Below are positions 40,642 to 50,590 of a stretch of DNA of 64,000 nucleotides, piece by piece (the stretch's first letter is position 1; every line of letters starts with the position of its first letter). This DNA comes from Candidatus Bathyarchaeota archaeon (GTDB lineage Archaea; Thermoproteota; Bathyarchaeia; Bathyarchaeales; Bathycorpusculaceae), in the NCBI GenBank assembly GCA_963780185.1, contig CAWABA010000011.1, positions 1 through 64,000 on the forward strand, written 5' to 3'. The notes beneath the pieces were generated by a model that had not been told where the DNA came from, did no database searches, and was given only the letters and a program-made list of their open reading frames with translations. The translations under genes were made by a program, and so were the position numbers.

Positions 40642-41647
40642 AGGTTTCCATGATGCCTCTGCCAAATTTAGCGAATTGTGCAAGCAACGCGCTCAACTGT
40701 ATGTCGCTGTTGGCGCCCTGCGTTAAGCGATAATCGTATTCGCCGATCAAGTTGGAGATTTCTGCTTTCTGTTCAGGCGTCAAATCTGACATCTTGAAGA
40801 TTTCCCGTTGCACCTGACGTATTATTTCGGAGCCTGAGAACCCGTAAGAACCCATTATGTCATACATTTTTTTCCGAGCTTCCATGAAGTCGCCGAACAA
40901 AGCTTTCCTAATCATCTGCTGAACCTGCGCTGGACTGGCTTCCCCAATGACCAAAGACACAGTTTTTTCATCCACCAACCCATCCCTGTAGGATGAAGCG
41001 GTCTGCAACACGTTTATGGCGTGTCTGAGGTCGCCTTCGGAGAAATCAACGATTCTGTCAGCTGCTTCTGGAGACAGGTTAACTTTTTCGTTTTTGGCTA
41101 TGCATAAAAGTTGTCCTTTCATCGCTTGCTTGTCAAGTCTTGAAAAACGGAAGATGGCGCATCGGCTCTGTATGGGCTCAATTATCTTGCTTGATTGGTT
41201 ACAAATTAGAATGAACCTGGATGTGCGGGAACCTGTCTCCATTATTCTTCTCAAAGCCGTCTGGGCTGGACCCGTCATCTGGTCGCATTCATCGAGGATA
41301 ATCAGGGAGAACGGAACGTTTTCGAAGCCTGAGCGGCTGTAACGCGAGAAATCTTTTATTCGTTCACGTACGGTGTCGATGCCTCTTTCGTCAGAGGCGT
41401 TAAGCTCCAGCGTGAAGCTTTTCCAGTTCGGACCGAAGAGCTCATGTGCGATGCAGAGCGCTAGGGTGGTTTTGCCTGTGCCGGGTATGCCTGCGAACAT
41501 TAGGTGGGGCATGGTTTTGGGGTTTTTCATGAAGGATTTGAGGCTTTCAACGATGTCGCATAAGTCTACGACTTCGCTGAGGTTTTTGGGTCGGTACTTT
41601 TCGACCCACATGAGTGCTTCTTCGTTAGCTGCCATTAAGTTAAACAC
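40631..41647 (-). CDS. rfcS: Replication factor C small subunit
   Basis: WVEKYRP, GIPGTGKT, ELNASDERGID, SRC. Confidence 0.95.
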   Translation of the reverse strand: MFNLMAANEEALMWVEKYRPKNLSEVVDLCDIVESLKSFMKNPKTMPHLMFAGIPGTGKTTLALCIAHELFGPNWKSFTLELNASDERGIDTVRERIKDFSRYSRSGFENVPFSLIILDECDQMTGPAQTALRRIMETGSRTSRFILICNQSSKIIEPIQSRCAIFRFSRLDKQAMKGQLLCIAKNEKVNLSPEAADRIVDFSEGDLRHAINVLQTASSYRDGLVDEKTVSLVIGEASPAQVQQMIRKALFGDFMEARKKMYDIMGSYGFSGSEIIRQVQREIFKMSDLTPEQKAEISNLIGEYDYRLTQGANSDIQLSALLAQFAKFGRGIMETYEK

Positions 41648-41754
41648 CTTTCACTACAAATTATTACAATAACGAGTTGGAATATGCCCATTTAAGTTTT
41701 CCCCACTCGGTTTTGTCTACGGTTTTGTTTGGTTATCTTTCGGGGTTTTGTTTA

Positions 41755-41895
41755 TTTTTTAAGTTGAGACTTTTGGTTTGGTGAAAGTTGCGACTTTCCG
41801 CCTCAGGTTTTTGTGTTTTGGGTTGCTTTGCTGTTTTAGGCTTGGCTTCTGCTTGAACAATGCGACTTTGGGATGGGCAGGTTGCGACTTTGTAT
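41755..41895 (-). repeat. A/C-rich dispersed intergenic repeat copy
   Basis: Reverse complement has aaagtcgcaacctgcccatccc, aagcaacccaaaac and aaaagtctcaactta, shared with 18380-18560 and 31255. Confidence 0.55.
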
Positions 41896-41934
41896 GTTGA
41901 GTCTATGTTGAAGTTATTGTCGGTTATGGGCGGG

Positions 41935-42267
41935 TTACCCGATTTTGCTGCCTTCAACAATGTCTTTCTCAGGCATAAGCACAGAAACATGGTCTTCGCT
42001 GTCTTCAGCCGCCAAAATCATGCATTGCGATTCGACGCCTGCCAAAACGCGTCTCTGAAGGTTTAGAAGGAAAACGCATTTTTTGCCGACCAACTGCTCA
42101 GGCAGGTAATACTTTAGCAACCCTGCAACAGCCTGCCGCTTCTCGGAGCCGAAGTCAACGGTCAATTTGATGAGTTTTTTTGAGTTAGGAATCTGTTCCG
42201 CTTCAATTATCTTTCCCACTCGAAGATCAAGTTTCTGGAACTCAGCGAATGAAACTTCTTCAGCCAA
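41935..42267 (-). CDS. tRNA-binding domain protein (MetRS C-terminal/Trbp111/CsaA-like)
   Basis: FQKLDLRVGKI...RQAVAGL...GVESQCMILAA. Confidence 0.9.
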   Translation of the reverse strand: MAEEVSFAEFQKLDLRVGKIIEAEQIPNSKKLIKLTVDFGSEKRQAVAGLLKYYLPEQLVGKKCVFLLNLQRRVLAGVESQCMILAAEDSEDHVSVLMPEKDIVEGSKIG

Positions 42268-42291
42268 ACCCTGTCACGCTCACACGATAAT

Positions 42292-42960
42292 TTACGTTTC
42301 AGCGATGTTTATTTTGTTTTCTGAAGTCAGCCTGTTTCTTTCCCTGGTCGCTAACGTGTGAGCTTGCAAGGTTGGCTCGGGGATTCGGGTTTTGGAGCAG
42401 CGGCAAACGATTTTAACTGCTGTTTGGAGAGAAACCATGTGGCCGACGCTTACGAAAATCGGTTTTGTCCCATCTTTGGTGCAGACTACCGCGCCGATGA
42501 CTTCTTCCTTGTCTACCAAAAATGTTTGCCCATGCATCTCCACTGGCTTGCCGAGTAAGCGGCTTTTTGCGGCGCCGATAGTGGGTTTTCCGAGGGCGAG
42601 TCCAAGGTGGCTGGCGAATCCGCATCTGTACGGATGGGCGTATCCCTGCGCGTCGACGAGGAAGACGTCGGGTTCGAGCCTGAGTTTCTTAATTGCCGCC
42701 AAGGCAGGCGGGATTTCTCTGAAGGAAAGCAAGGTAGGGATGTACGGCATCTTAGCGGGGCAGCAGGAGACTTGGGCTTCCAAGAGCTGGAGCGATTCGT
42801 AATCCAAAACTGCCACGGCTCCAACGGCGACGTCCCCGACGTATGAAACGTCAACGCCCGCGACCGTTTTGATTTGCCGCGGCAGCCTGTCTTCCAAAAT
42901 CAACTTTTTAGAAAGGCAAAGCTGGGTTCTATGTGCCTTTTGAACGGAGAAATTCTTCAT
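42292..42960 (-). CDS. nfi: Endonuclease V
   Basis: AGVDVSY, PYIPTLLSFRE, VDAQGYAHP, RIPEP...AH. Confidence 0.93.
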   Translation of the reverse strand: MKNFSVQKAHRTQLCLSKKLILEDRLPRQIKTVAGVDVSYVGDVAVGAVAVLDYESLQLLEAQVSCCPAKMPYIPTLLSFREIPPALAAIKKLRLEPDVFLVDAQGYAHPYRCGFASHLGLALGKPTIGAAKSRLLGKPVEMHGQTFLVDKEEVIGAVVCTKDGTKPIFVSVGHMVSLQTAVKIVCRCSKTRIPEPTLQAHTLATRERNRLTSENKINIAET

Positions 42961-42977
42961 TAACCCTCGTTGGTTAT

Positions 42978-43649
42978 TCAAGTTTTAGCCTTTCGTGGCT
43001 TGCGTTTGGCTGCTGGCTTGGGCAGCTCCAGCTTTTTTAAGTAGTCTTCAAGGGATTTTCTGCGAACTTCAAGCGTTATGTCGCCTCTGGTTGTCTCGAT
43101 TATTCTTCTCGCAATGTCAGATTTATGCCGAAGCCCAGGAACAAGCATGTAAGCCTCGTCAAGTGCTAAGAGCTGGATGAAGACTTGGTCCATGATTTCG
43201 AGGCATTCCTCACCCTTTTTGACTTCGCCTTCCCGCAAGTTATCAAGCGCCAAACGCCTGTACTCGCCGATAACATCCGCCAACCCAAGCACGTAATCAG
43301 TCGAAGGCACATTAATCTCTGCAGGGGTAACGAAGCGGGACTCCTTAACTAAAACCAGGAAAATGCGTGCTTCCGAATATTCTTGGAGCGCCGCGCTGAA
43401 CATGCCGCCATAAATTATTTCGGGGCAATCCTCTGAGAGGGTTTGAAGGGTTGAAATTTTTTCTTTTGCTTCCGCGATGAATTTTTCGGCTTCTACGTAT
43501 TTTTTTTGGTGTATTAGCAGTATTGCTTGTTTGGAGAGGCTTGTTGCTTTTCGCATGCTTTCGTGGGTTTCTTCGCGTATTTTGTTTTTTTGCATGAGTT
43601 CGGTTTTTACTTCTTGAAGAACACTTTCTAAAGTGGACAAACGCATCAT
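42978..43649 (-). CDS. Translin/Trax family protein
   Basis: ALQEYSEA, YVLGLADVIGEYRR, LRHKSD. Confidence 0.88.
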   Translation of the reverse strand: MMRLSTLESVLQEVKTELMQKNKIREETHESMRKATSLSKQAILLIHQKKYVEAEKFIAEAKEKISTLQTLSEDCPEIIYGGMFSAALQEYSEARIFLVLVKESRFVTPAEINVPSTDYVLGLADVIGEYRRLALDNLREGEVKKGEECLEIMDQVFIQLLALDEAYMLVPGLRHKSDIARRIIETTRGDITLEVRRKSLEDYLKKLELPKPAAKRKPRKAKT

Positions 43650-43707
43650 CTGAATAGTTGAATTGTTTCGGGGTTTATTTCAATTTCTTTAAAAAACCGT
43701 CTGGCGC

Positions 43708-43890
43708 TTAGGCGTCGGGCCATTTCTCGATTAGAACTTTGGTGTCGCCTAATGTGAAGCTTACTTTGACGAATCTTGAGGCGGTTACTTTGAATGGGAA
43801 CATGCTGTCTTCCGCTAGGTCTTTGGGCAAGTACACCATGTATTTGCCGTCTTTTCTTTTGAACAGGCGTCCCTTTCCTTCGCTAACCAT
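43708..43890 (-). CDS. Small hypothetical protein (AbrB-like)
   Basis: GKGRLFKRKDGKYMVYLPKDLAEDSMFPF. Confidence 0.65.
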   Translation of the reverse strand: MVSEGKGRLFKRKDGKYMVYLPKDLAEDSMFPFKVTASRFVKVSFTLGDTKVLIEKWPDA

Positions 43891-43977
43891 ACATACAACC
43901 GCTTGGCAGTTAACCAATAGGCAAAAAATAACTATTTAAGCCTTATCTGACAAAGTCAGCCCGAAACAACGGCGGTT

Positions 43978-44949
43978 TTAGCTGGCTCCCACTTGAACGG
44001 GTTTTTTTAGCTTGCTCAGCAGCACAACTCTGCTTTCGGGCGCCTCGTTAATAATCATGTAACCCGTCTTTTCCGCGAGTTGCTGGGCAAAATCTTTGAC
44101 TTCGCCGTGCATCGGCATGCGTTCGAACCCTAAGCGCAGATTTGAGAAGCCGATGTGCATGTAGGCTTTTGCTTCGATGTAAGTGGGGTTAGCCTTCTCG
44201 ACGAGTTTAGCGTACTCATCTACACAGTTCATGTTCAACCCCTTCACCAGGGTTGTTCGCAAAACCGTTGGGCAACGAAAACTCTGCAGCAAGCCCAGCG
44301 TTTCATTCAGTTTTGTCCAGGCATCTGGGAACTCTGGTCGGCAAACCCGCTTGTACACCTCCTCGTTTGGTGCGCATACGGAAACGTAGAGTTGGGTGGG
44401 TTCTTGGCTGAGTTTTGAAAGCTTAGCCGGAAGGGTGCCGTTGGTGACCAAAAAAGTTGTTAAGCCCTTCTGGTGGAAAGCTGCAATTAGCTCTCCGAGG
44501 GGTTCGTAGAGCGTTGGTTCCCCAGTTAAGCTTATGGCAACCTGTTTAGGCGTTAGTGCTTCTTGGAATTTGCGCCAGTTCGCTTTGGTGTTGCCCTTGT
44601 ACCCAGTCAAAATCCGTTCCTGCGCCTTGAAGCATCCTTCGACAATTGATTCAGGAGAATCGACTTTGGGGATTTTAGTTTCGTCCCAAGTAACCTGTAA
44701 ATCGCCGCTTTGGGCTCTCCAGCAGAACAGGCATTGCTGGGTGCAGTAGTAGAGGCTGGGCGTCATCTGGATGCATCTGTGTGATTTGATGCCGTAGAAC
44801 TTCTGTTTATAGCAGGGTCTATCGTTGACTATGGATTCGTAGAGCCACTTGCACCGTTTAACCGCTGAGTGGGCACCGACTAAATGGTATTTTTGCTTCT
44901 TGAGGGCGCTTGAAAGCGTGGCTTCAGTGCTTTTTTCCAATTCTTCCAC
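43978..44949 (-). CDS. taw1: 4-demethylwyosine synthase (radical SAM) Taw1/TYW1
   Basis: HSAVKRCKW, YGIKSHRCIQMTP, CTQQCLFCWR, SLTGEPTLY. Confidence 0.95.
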   Translation of the reverse strand: MEELEKSTEATLSSALKKQKYHLVGAHSAVKRCKWLYESIVNDRPCYKQKFYGIKSHRCIQMTPSLYYCTQQCLFCWRAQSGDLQVTWDETKIPKVDSPESIVEGCFKAQERILTGYKGNTKANWRKFQEALTPKQVAISLTGEPTLYEPLGELIAAFHQKGLTTFLVTNGTLPAKLSKLSQEPTQLYVSVCAPNEEVYKRVCRPEFPDAWTKLNETLGLLQSFRCPTVLRTTLVKGLNMNCVDEYAKLVEKANPTYIEAKAYMHIGFSNLRLGFERMPMHGEVKDFAQQLAEKTGYMIINEAPESRVVLLSKLKKPVQVGAS

Positions 44950-45107
44950 CGAAATTTAGGTACAATTAGAAGGTTCGTTCTTTTAAGAATCCCGTTGCGG
45001 GGGGTCATTTTTGACGTTGGAGGCTCCGTGCATAATCCTGTTTAGGCGATATGGGTCTTTATTTGGCGAGTTTATGGGCAAAGTTTAAAATCCTCTCTTA
45101 ATTAATC

Positions 45108-47288
45108 ATGAGAGCAACTATAGAAGTGAGTATCTACCTTTCGGGAGAGCAAAGTGGTTTGAACAGAAAGATTATTGCAATTACCGTCCTAGTTTTCATG
45201 TCACTAGCAGCTGCAATTACACCCTTCGCCATTGTGCTTGGTCAGGGCAGCCAACTTGGCGTAAGCATCATACAAGTCGTCCCCGCAGCCTATGCAAACA
45301 CTACAACGCAGATAAACAGCGTTTACAACGGGTCGGCTGGTCAACTCTATAACGTTAAAGGGACCATTTACACCAGCAATGGCACCTACAACGTCATTAT
45401 GGAAAACACAATTGTTGCATCCGGCAAAGCCAGTGGATTCTACGTTAACACCAACTTTACGGTTCCCCAGCTTCCAGGCGGCGACCACAACTTCCTAATT
45501 GAAGATGTGCAGCAAGGAAACTTGAACTCCACCGGCTCAACCCCTGAACAATTCAAAATTACACCTGCCTACACGGTAACCCCAGCCAACGCCTACAATC
45601 AGGAAGGCGCCAACGTAGCCTTGACTGTTGGGCTCACGGGAGGCAACTCAGGCTTAACCTACGCAGCCAACATTACGGTTGTGCTGCCCAGCCCGCTTAA
45701 CGGGAACTTTTCAGATGTAATCTCGTTGACTGCTAACGCCGTTGGATCCGCGTCTGAGCAAATTACTTTCCCAAGCACCAACTTCGTATCAGGTGACTCA
45801 CTGGGTATAACGCCCACAACAGTTTACGCAGGCAACTACACATTATACTTCAACATGACCCAAGTCTTGGGGGAAAACCAGTTTAGCGTCGGTTTCCTCG
45901 ATGCCTCAACATACCACAGAGGTCAAACAGCAACTATAACCGCGCAAGGGTACAGCGCTGGGCAAACTGCAACATTGAGTGTGGTAAACGTTGCAACAGG
46001 TTCAAGCTTCCCCGCGGTTCCAGTAACCGCCGACGCAAATGGCCAAATAAGCACAACATGGCTTGTTCCAGATACCGCTGCAGTCGGCAGCTACAAAGCA
46101 TCAATCACCACCACCAGCGGCAACGCGAAACTGCTGCAGGACGCGCAAACTTTCTTTGTTGTTGGATACTCCGTCACCGTAACAACGTTAAACCTTGCTG
46201 GCCAAACAGTGCCTAGCATACTTGTTGTAGTTCACGACTCGTCTGCCAATACATCTTACAATGCGACAAGCGGCGTCAACGGTGTGGCAAGCTTCAAGCT
46301 GGAAGCTGGCGCCTACGATTTGGCTGCTTCCTATAAAGGCGTTAACATTGGGAACACCAACATTACAGTCACTGGCGCAGGCAACTTCAACTTCATGTGC
46401 CAGTTAACTGACCTTGTAGTTAAGGTGCAAAACGAAAATGGAACTGCACTACCCTCCGTGAATTTAGTCATATCGTCTTCTCTAACCGGGAGCGTTTCGG
46501 GTCAAACGGGGCCTTCGGGAACTTACACCTTGAATTCAACTTTAAGCGGAATAAGCTACACCATTAATGCTACAATGTATGATAAACAATTCAACGCAAA
46601 CAATGAAACCCTCAGCAACCTTCCAGCACAAGCAAGCTACCAATTTGTGGTAACTTGCCCAACGGAAACGCAAACAATCAACGTCATCGGCTACAACAAC
46701 GAGGCAATCTCAGGTGCAAGCCTAAGACTCGTAGAGTTGACAAACGGCTTATTCTACACAGCCACAACGGACAGTTCAGGCTCAGCCACTGCACCATTAA
46801 CCTTCGGAGAGTATAAGCTCCAAATATACCAAAACAATTTCCTCCTCAACGAGACAACCCTAAAAGCCTTCAGCCCAAGTGAAACGACAATACGGTGCAC
46901 TCTTTACGGCATTCAAGTAGAAGTGTCAGTTGTCGATTACTTCGGGTCGCCAATTTCAAACGCCAACGTCACAGTCAATGGACCAGCATCGGAACACTTC
47001 TCCGCGATGACTCCAGGAAACGGAAAAGCCACTTTCAGCAACGTAGTCGGCGGAAACCTGCAGATAATCGCCTTCGCCAAAGGCGCCCAAAGCAGCTACC
47101 AATCGATATCCCTAACAGCTAACCAGCCGACTTCAGTCCAGATAAAAATGGGCGGATACGTTGCCCTCGGAGGACTCCTGATACCCACAACCGCACTAAT
47201 TACACTGATATTCATAATAGTAGCCATTGTCCTGGTAATCGTCGTTGAAATGTTCCTGCGACAAAGACGCCGTGCTAACCAAGCTTAA
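45108..47288 (+). CDS. Large membrane-anchored surface glycoprotein with Ig/transthyretin-like repeats
   Basis: Signal peptide, T/N/G-rich beta repeats, many NxT/S sequons, C-terminal TM plus RRR; start may be ~45159. Confidence 0.8.
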   Translation: MRATIEVSIYLSGEQSGLNRKIIAITVLVFMSLAAAITPFAIVLGQGSQLGVSIIQVVPAAYANTTTQINSVYNGSAGQLYNVKGTIYTSNGTYNVIMENTIVASGKASGFYVNTNFTVPQLPGGDHNFLIEDVQQGNLNSTGSTPEQFKITPAYTVTPANAYNQEGANVALTVGLTGGNSGLTYAANITVVLPSPLNGNFSDVISLTANAVGSASEQITFPSTNFVSGDSLGITPTTVYAGNYTLYFNMTQVLGENQFSVGFLDASTYHRGQTATITAQGYSAGQTATLSVVNVATGSSFPAVPVTADANGQISTTWLVPDTAAVGSYKASITTTSGNAKLLQDAQTFFVVGYSVTVTTLNLAGQTVPSILVVVHDSSANTSYNATSGVNGVASFKLEAGAYDLAASYKGVNIGNTNITVTGAGNFNFMCQLTDLVVKVQNENGTALPSVNLVISSSLTGSVSGQTGPSGTYTLNSTLSGISYTINATMYDKQFNANNETLSNLPAQASYQFVVTCPTETQTINVIGYNNEAISGASLRLVELTNGLFYTATTDSSGSATAPLTFGEYKLQIYQNNFLLNETTLKAFSPSETTIRCTLYGIQVEVSVVDYFGSPISNANVTVNGPASEHFSAMTPGNGKATFSNVVGGNLQIIAFAKGAQSSYQSISLTANQPTSVQIKMGGYVALGGLLIPTTALITLIFIIVAIVLVIVVEMFLRQRRRANQA

Positions 47289-47393
47289 GGATCAATTTCC
47301 CCCTTGATTAGAAAAAAGTTTATATCTTTTCCAAATAACATAAAAGAAACAGGACAAAACAACAGCGAAATACAATTTTGATTTGACGTTGAG

Positions 47394-47693
47394 GTGTATC
47401 TATTGGCTCAATCAAAAGCTTGTTCTCCAACATGCAGCGCTTTTAAATGTGGCAAAAACTCGGTTTTTTTCCAGCGAAACGCCGTTTGGTGTAGAGAGAC
47501 CGAAGAACTATGCAATGTCGGAGGCTGCACATACTCCATGTGTGCGAAAAGGCGTTTGCTGCCGATGGGTGTTTGCGGTGAAACCGTCAAAAGGCAGACC
47601 GTTGAAAAAGACCTAGACGACCCGTTCTTCAGTGACTCGATAAGGATTAAGGGAAAAGCCCTGCGTAAACTTGGGGACAAAGAAATATACTAA
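47394..47693 (+). CDS. Hypothetical Cys-rich protein
   Basis: Eight Cys in 99 aa; basic C-terminus. Confidence 0.65.
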   Translation: MYLLAQSKACSPTCSAFKCGKNSVFFQRNAVWCRETEELCNVGGCTYSMCAKRRLLPMGVCGETVKRQTVEKDLDDPFFSDSIRIKGKALRKLGDKEIY

Positions 47694-47718
47694 GAAGCTA
47701 AAAAAAACAAAATTGAGT

Positions 47719-47740
47719 TACTCGTGTTAAAGCACGAGTA
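47719..47740. terminator. Hairpin between convergent genes
   Basis: tactcgtg-ttaaag-cacgagta, next to an A-tract (U-tract on the minus strand). Confidence 0.45.
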
Positions 47741-47747
47741 TTCCCTT

Positions 47748-47909
47748 CTATTTTGACTGAACACGTTTAACTACAGGCGGCTTAATTTTCTTGAGAATCC
47801 TGTAACCGCAAATTATGCATTTTGTTTCTCCGCCTCTTAGTTCTAATTCTTCAGATGGTACTCTCGCTCCGCATCTCATGCATTCGTAAACAATACCTGA
47901 TTTTTCCAT
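47748..47909 (-). CDS. rpoP: RNA polymerase subunit P (Rpo12); absent from the ORF track (<60 aa)
   Basis: Manual translation MEKSGIVYECMRCGARVPSEELELRGGETKCIICGYRILKKIKPPVVKRVQSK. Confidence 0.92.
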   Translation of the reverse strand: MEKSGIVYECMRCGARVPSEELELRGGETKCIICGYRILKKIKPPVVKRVQSK

Positions 47910-47988
47910 TGGAAACGCCTGTCCTACAAAGAAAAGTATTTTGCTTTTAAAGGTTTTCTAAGTAAACTCGCCTTAAGAGGATAACTAG

Positions 47989-48855
47989 TTGAAACGTCGC
48001 CCAAAAGAGAAATTATCAGTGAGCGCCCCATCAGAAACGTTGAAGCCGCTCAACTATTCCTTCGACATCATAGGTGACATCGCAATCCTCAAAATCGCAA
48101 ACGACAACCTCGCCGACGCACAAGCTGCAGCCGAACAAACAATGGCGGTCCATAAAAGCGTGAAAACGGTTTTTCTGCAAACCAGTCCTGTCTTGGGCGA
48201 TTTCAGAGTTCGAGAGCTCAAGCTGCTGGCGGGCGAAGACAAAACAACCACCAAGTACAGGGAGTCGGGCTGCGTTTTTGCCGTTGACGTTGAGAATTGT
48301 TATTTTTCTCCCAGACTTTCACACGAGAGGATACGGATTGCGAGGCTTGTTAAAAGCGGCGAGAATGTGGTTAACATGTTTGCTGGAGTGGGCTGTTTCA
48401 GCATCATAATCGCGAAAACCGTGACTCAGAGTAAAGTGTTTTCAATCGATGTTAACCCCGCGGCATTCGACTGCATGGTGGATAACGTTAGAATCAACCG
48501 GGTTTTCGGCAAAGTTACTCCGTTGCTCGGCGACTCAAAAGAAGTAATCAAAGCCCAACTGCAGGGCAAAGCTGACCGCGTCCTGATGCCGCTTCCTGAA
48601 AAAGCCCTCGAGTACCTGCCCTACGCGGTTTTGGCGCTCAAGCCGTCTGGCGGCTGGATACACGTCTATGACTTCCAGCATGCAGCGGGAAAAGAAAAAC
48701 CTGAAGAAAAAACCAAGGCGAATGTTGCCCAAAAACTCGGCAGCTTAGGCGTTAGCTACAGCTTTGAATTTTCCCGCGTAGTTCGAAGCACGGGTCCTAA
48801 CTGGTACCAAACTGTACTGGATATCAAAGTCAATGGAGCGCCAAGCAAGTTTTAA
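47989..48855 (+). CDS. Trm5/Taw2 (Met-10+) family tRNA-modifying SAM-dependent transferase
   Basis: FDIIGDIAI, YFSPRLSHER, NMFAGVGCF, ADRVLMPLP. Confidence 0.9.
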   Translation: MKRRPKEKLSVSAPSETLKPLNYSFDIIGDIAILKIANDNLADAQAAAEQTMAVHKSVKTVFLQTSPVLGDFRVRELKLLAGEDKTTTKYRESGCVFAVDVENCYFSPRLSHERIRIARLVKSGENVVNMFAGVGCFSIIIAKTVTQSKVFSIDVNPAAFDCMVDNVRINRVFGKVTPLLGDSKEVIKAQLQGKADRVLMPLPEKALEYLPYAVLALKPSGGWIHVYDFQHAAGKEKPEEKTKANVAQKLGSLGVSYSFEFSRVVRSTGPNWYQTVLDIKVNGAPSKF

Positions 48856-48891
48856 TAGCTTAGACATCAACTATTTGTTTTGTGATTAACC

Positions 48892-49161
48892 TTGAAGCGT
48901 AAACTTATGGATATTTTGGCTTGCCCGATAGACAAGTATCATCCTCTTGAACTTCACGTTTTCGAGGAAAAAGACGAAATCGTGGAAGGCCTCATCGTTT
49001 GCCCGAAATGCCTCCGCTGGTACCCGATCCGAGACGAAATTCCAGAAATGCTTCCTGACGAACTTCGCAAAGAAACTGAAGATTTGCCATTCATGAAAAA
49101 GTGGAAGGCAAAAATTCCTGAGAAAATAGTCGCCGAAGGAAAACCCTTCAGCCTAAAATAA
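48892..49161 (+). CDS. trm112: Trm112 family methyltransferase activator
   Basis: LMDILACPIDK...CPKCLRWYPIRDEIPEMLP. Confidence 0.9.
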   Translation: MKRKLMDILACPIDKYHPLELHVFEEKDEIVEGLIVCPKCLRWYPIRDEIPEMLPDELRKETEDLPFMKKWKAKIPEKIVAEGKPFSLK

Positions 49162-49221
49162 TTCCTATTCTTTTCAATTATGCATTCGGCTGATTGCCCG
49201 CAAATCAATTGTCCTAGTTCT

Positions 49222-50559
49222 TTATCCTGTTCCTCTTCCTAATCCGCGGTACGTGAAGCCTTCTGCTTCAACTGATTCGCGTTCGAAGGCGCCTGCCAAA
49301 TCCACCATAATTGACGGCGTCTTAGTCATTGCTTTTATCTTTCTCAGGTTCAGGTGCTTAAACTGTTCTTCAGCCGTAAGTATAACTATGCAGTCAACGC
49401 CTTCTACAGCCTCGTTTAAGGTGGTTTTCACTGCCCCTAAATCTGACACGTCTCCTTTTGAAACGGGGTCATACAGGGTGGCTTTGGCGCCTTTTTGCAG
49501 CAACAACTTGACAAAAGCCGCGGAAGCCGTGCTTGGACTGATGGAGCCTAAAACCGCGATTTTCGCTCTTCTCAAGGTTTTGTTGCAGCTCCGCAAAGCA
49601 TCCTGCGTAAGATAGACCGCGTGTTTAACCATTTCCTCGTTTATCTGCCTAGCTAAATTCGGCAGCTTAAGTTTGACGTTAAGGTTTTCCGCGCCTTCAA
49701 GCAGCAGATAGGCTTCGTTCTTGTTTTCTTCGTCGTTAGTTGTTGGCCAAAAGTTCGGGTCATCGAACTCGGACAGCTTCAAAACCTTGAAGTAATCGAT
49801 GTTTGCGCTTTCGCAGAAAACAGCTAATTCGCTTGCTAAAGCCGCGTTCGCATCCTGTCTTGCGGCTGCAAAAAGCGTCACAATCTCAGCGGTCTTCACA
49901 TCGAATATAGGCTTCACGTTTTTCACGGCTGCTTTCACGAAGGCAACAACGGCGTCTTGCCCTGCTTTCCCAGCAACGGCAACCTTCAACTCCAAATCTG
50001 CGATGGGTTCAATGAACTGTTTAACCTGTGTGTTACGGATCGGAATGTATGCCAAAATGAAGTCCTGACCCGCCTTCAACCCCGATGTGTTCTCCAACGT
50101 TTCCTTCATAACGCCTTCAACGAACCCTAAACCTGCAACTTCACCGTAAATAACCAGCATACCCGAGTGCAGTGCCTCGCCGACTTGCTTGAGAGCGCTT
50201 AGCACTTCTGAAGAATCAATTTTTTTCTTGTCATCCACCTTCGCAGGAACAGCAACGATAACTGCGTCGCTTCGAGAAACGGCTTTTTTCAATTCGCTCG
50301 TGACGCTTAATTGTCCAGAGTTGATTAGGCTTTTAATTTTGCCTTCGATTTCTGGCTGCCTAAAAGGGGTTTTTGCTTTCGCAAATTTCTTTACCACACT
50401 TGGATCGGCGTCTGAACAGGACACTTGGAAGCCAGCTTGAGCAAAAGCATAAGCATAAAGAATCCCCTTCCGCCCGCATCCGACAACGCTAACCAAAAGC
50501 TTTGAACGCTTTTCGTTCGTGTCGATCTCGTCTGGTTTTAGGTTTAGAACATTGAGCAT
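49222..50559 (-). CDS. UDP-glucose/GDP-mannose dehydrogenase family protein, degenerate
   Basis: VVGCGRKG Rossmann start, LENTSGLKAGQDF, ARQINEEM, TYRGLGRG. Confidence 0.8.
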   Translation of the reverse strand: MLNVLNLKPDEIDTNEKRSKLLVSVVGCGRKGILYAYAFAQAGFQVSCSDADPSVVKKFAKAKTPFRQPEIEGKIKSLINSGQLSVTSELKKAVSRSDAVIVAVPAKVDDKKKIDSSEVLSALKQVGEALHSGMLVIYGEVAGLGFVEGVMKETLENTSGLKAGQDFILAYIPIRNTQVKQFIEPIADLELKVAVAGKAGQDAVVAFVKAAVKNVKPIFDVKTAEIVTLFAAARQDANAALASELAVFCESANIDYFKVLKLSEFDDPNFWPTTNDEENKNEAYLLLEGAENLNVKLKLPNLARQINEEMVKHAVYLTQDALRSCNKTLRRAKIAVLGSISPSTASAAFVKLLLQKGAKATLYDPVSKGDVSDLGAVKTTLNEAVEGVDCIVILTAEEQFKHLNLRKIKAMTKTPSIMVDLAGAFERESVEAEGFTYRGLGRGTG

Positions 50560-50590
50560 CGAAGGGTTTTCTCCGGGGAATTCAGGCTTG

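Noticed and set aside
39400-41647. Inteins in RFC subunits
   Set aside because: Both ORFs are of normal length with contiguous motifs.
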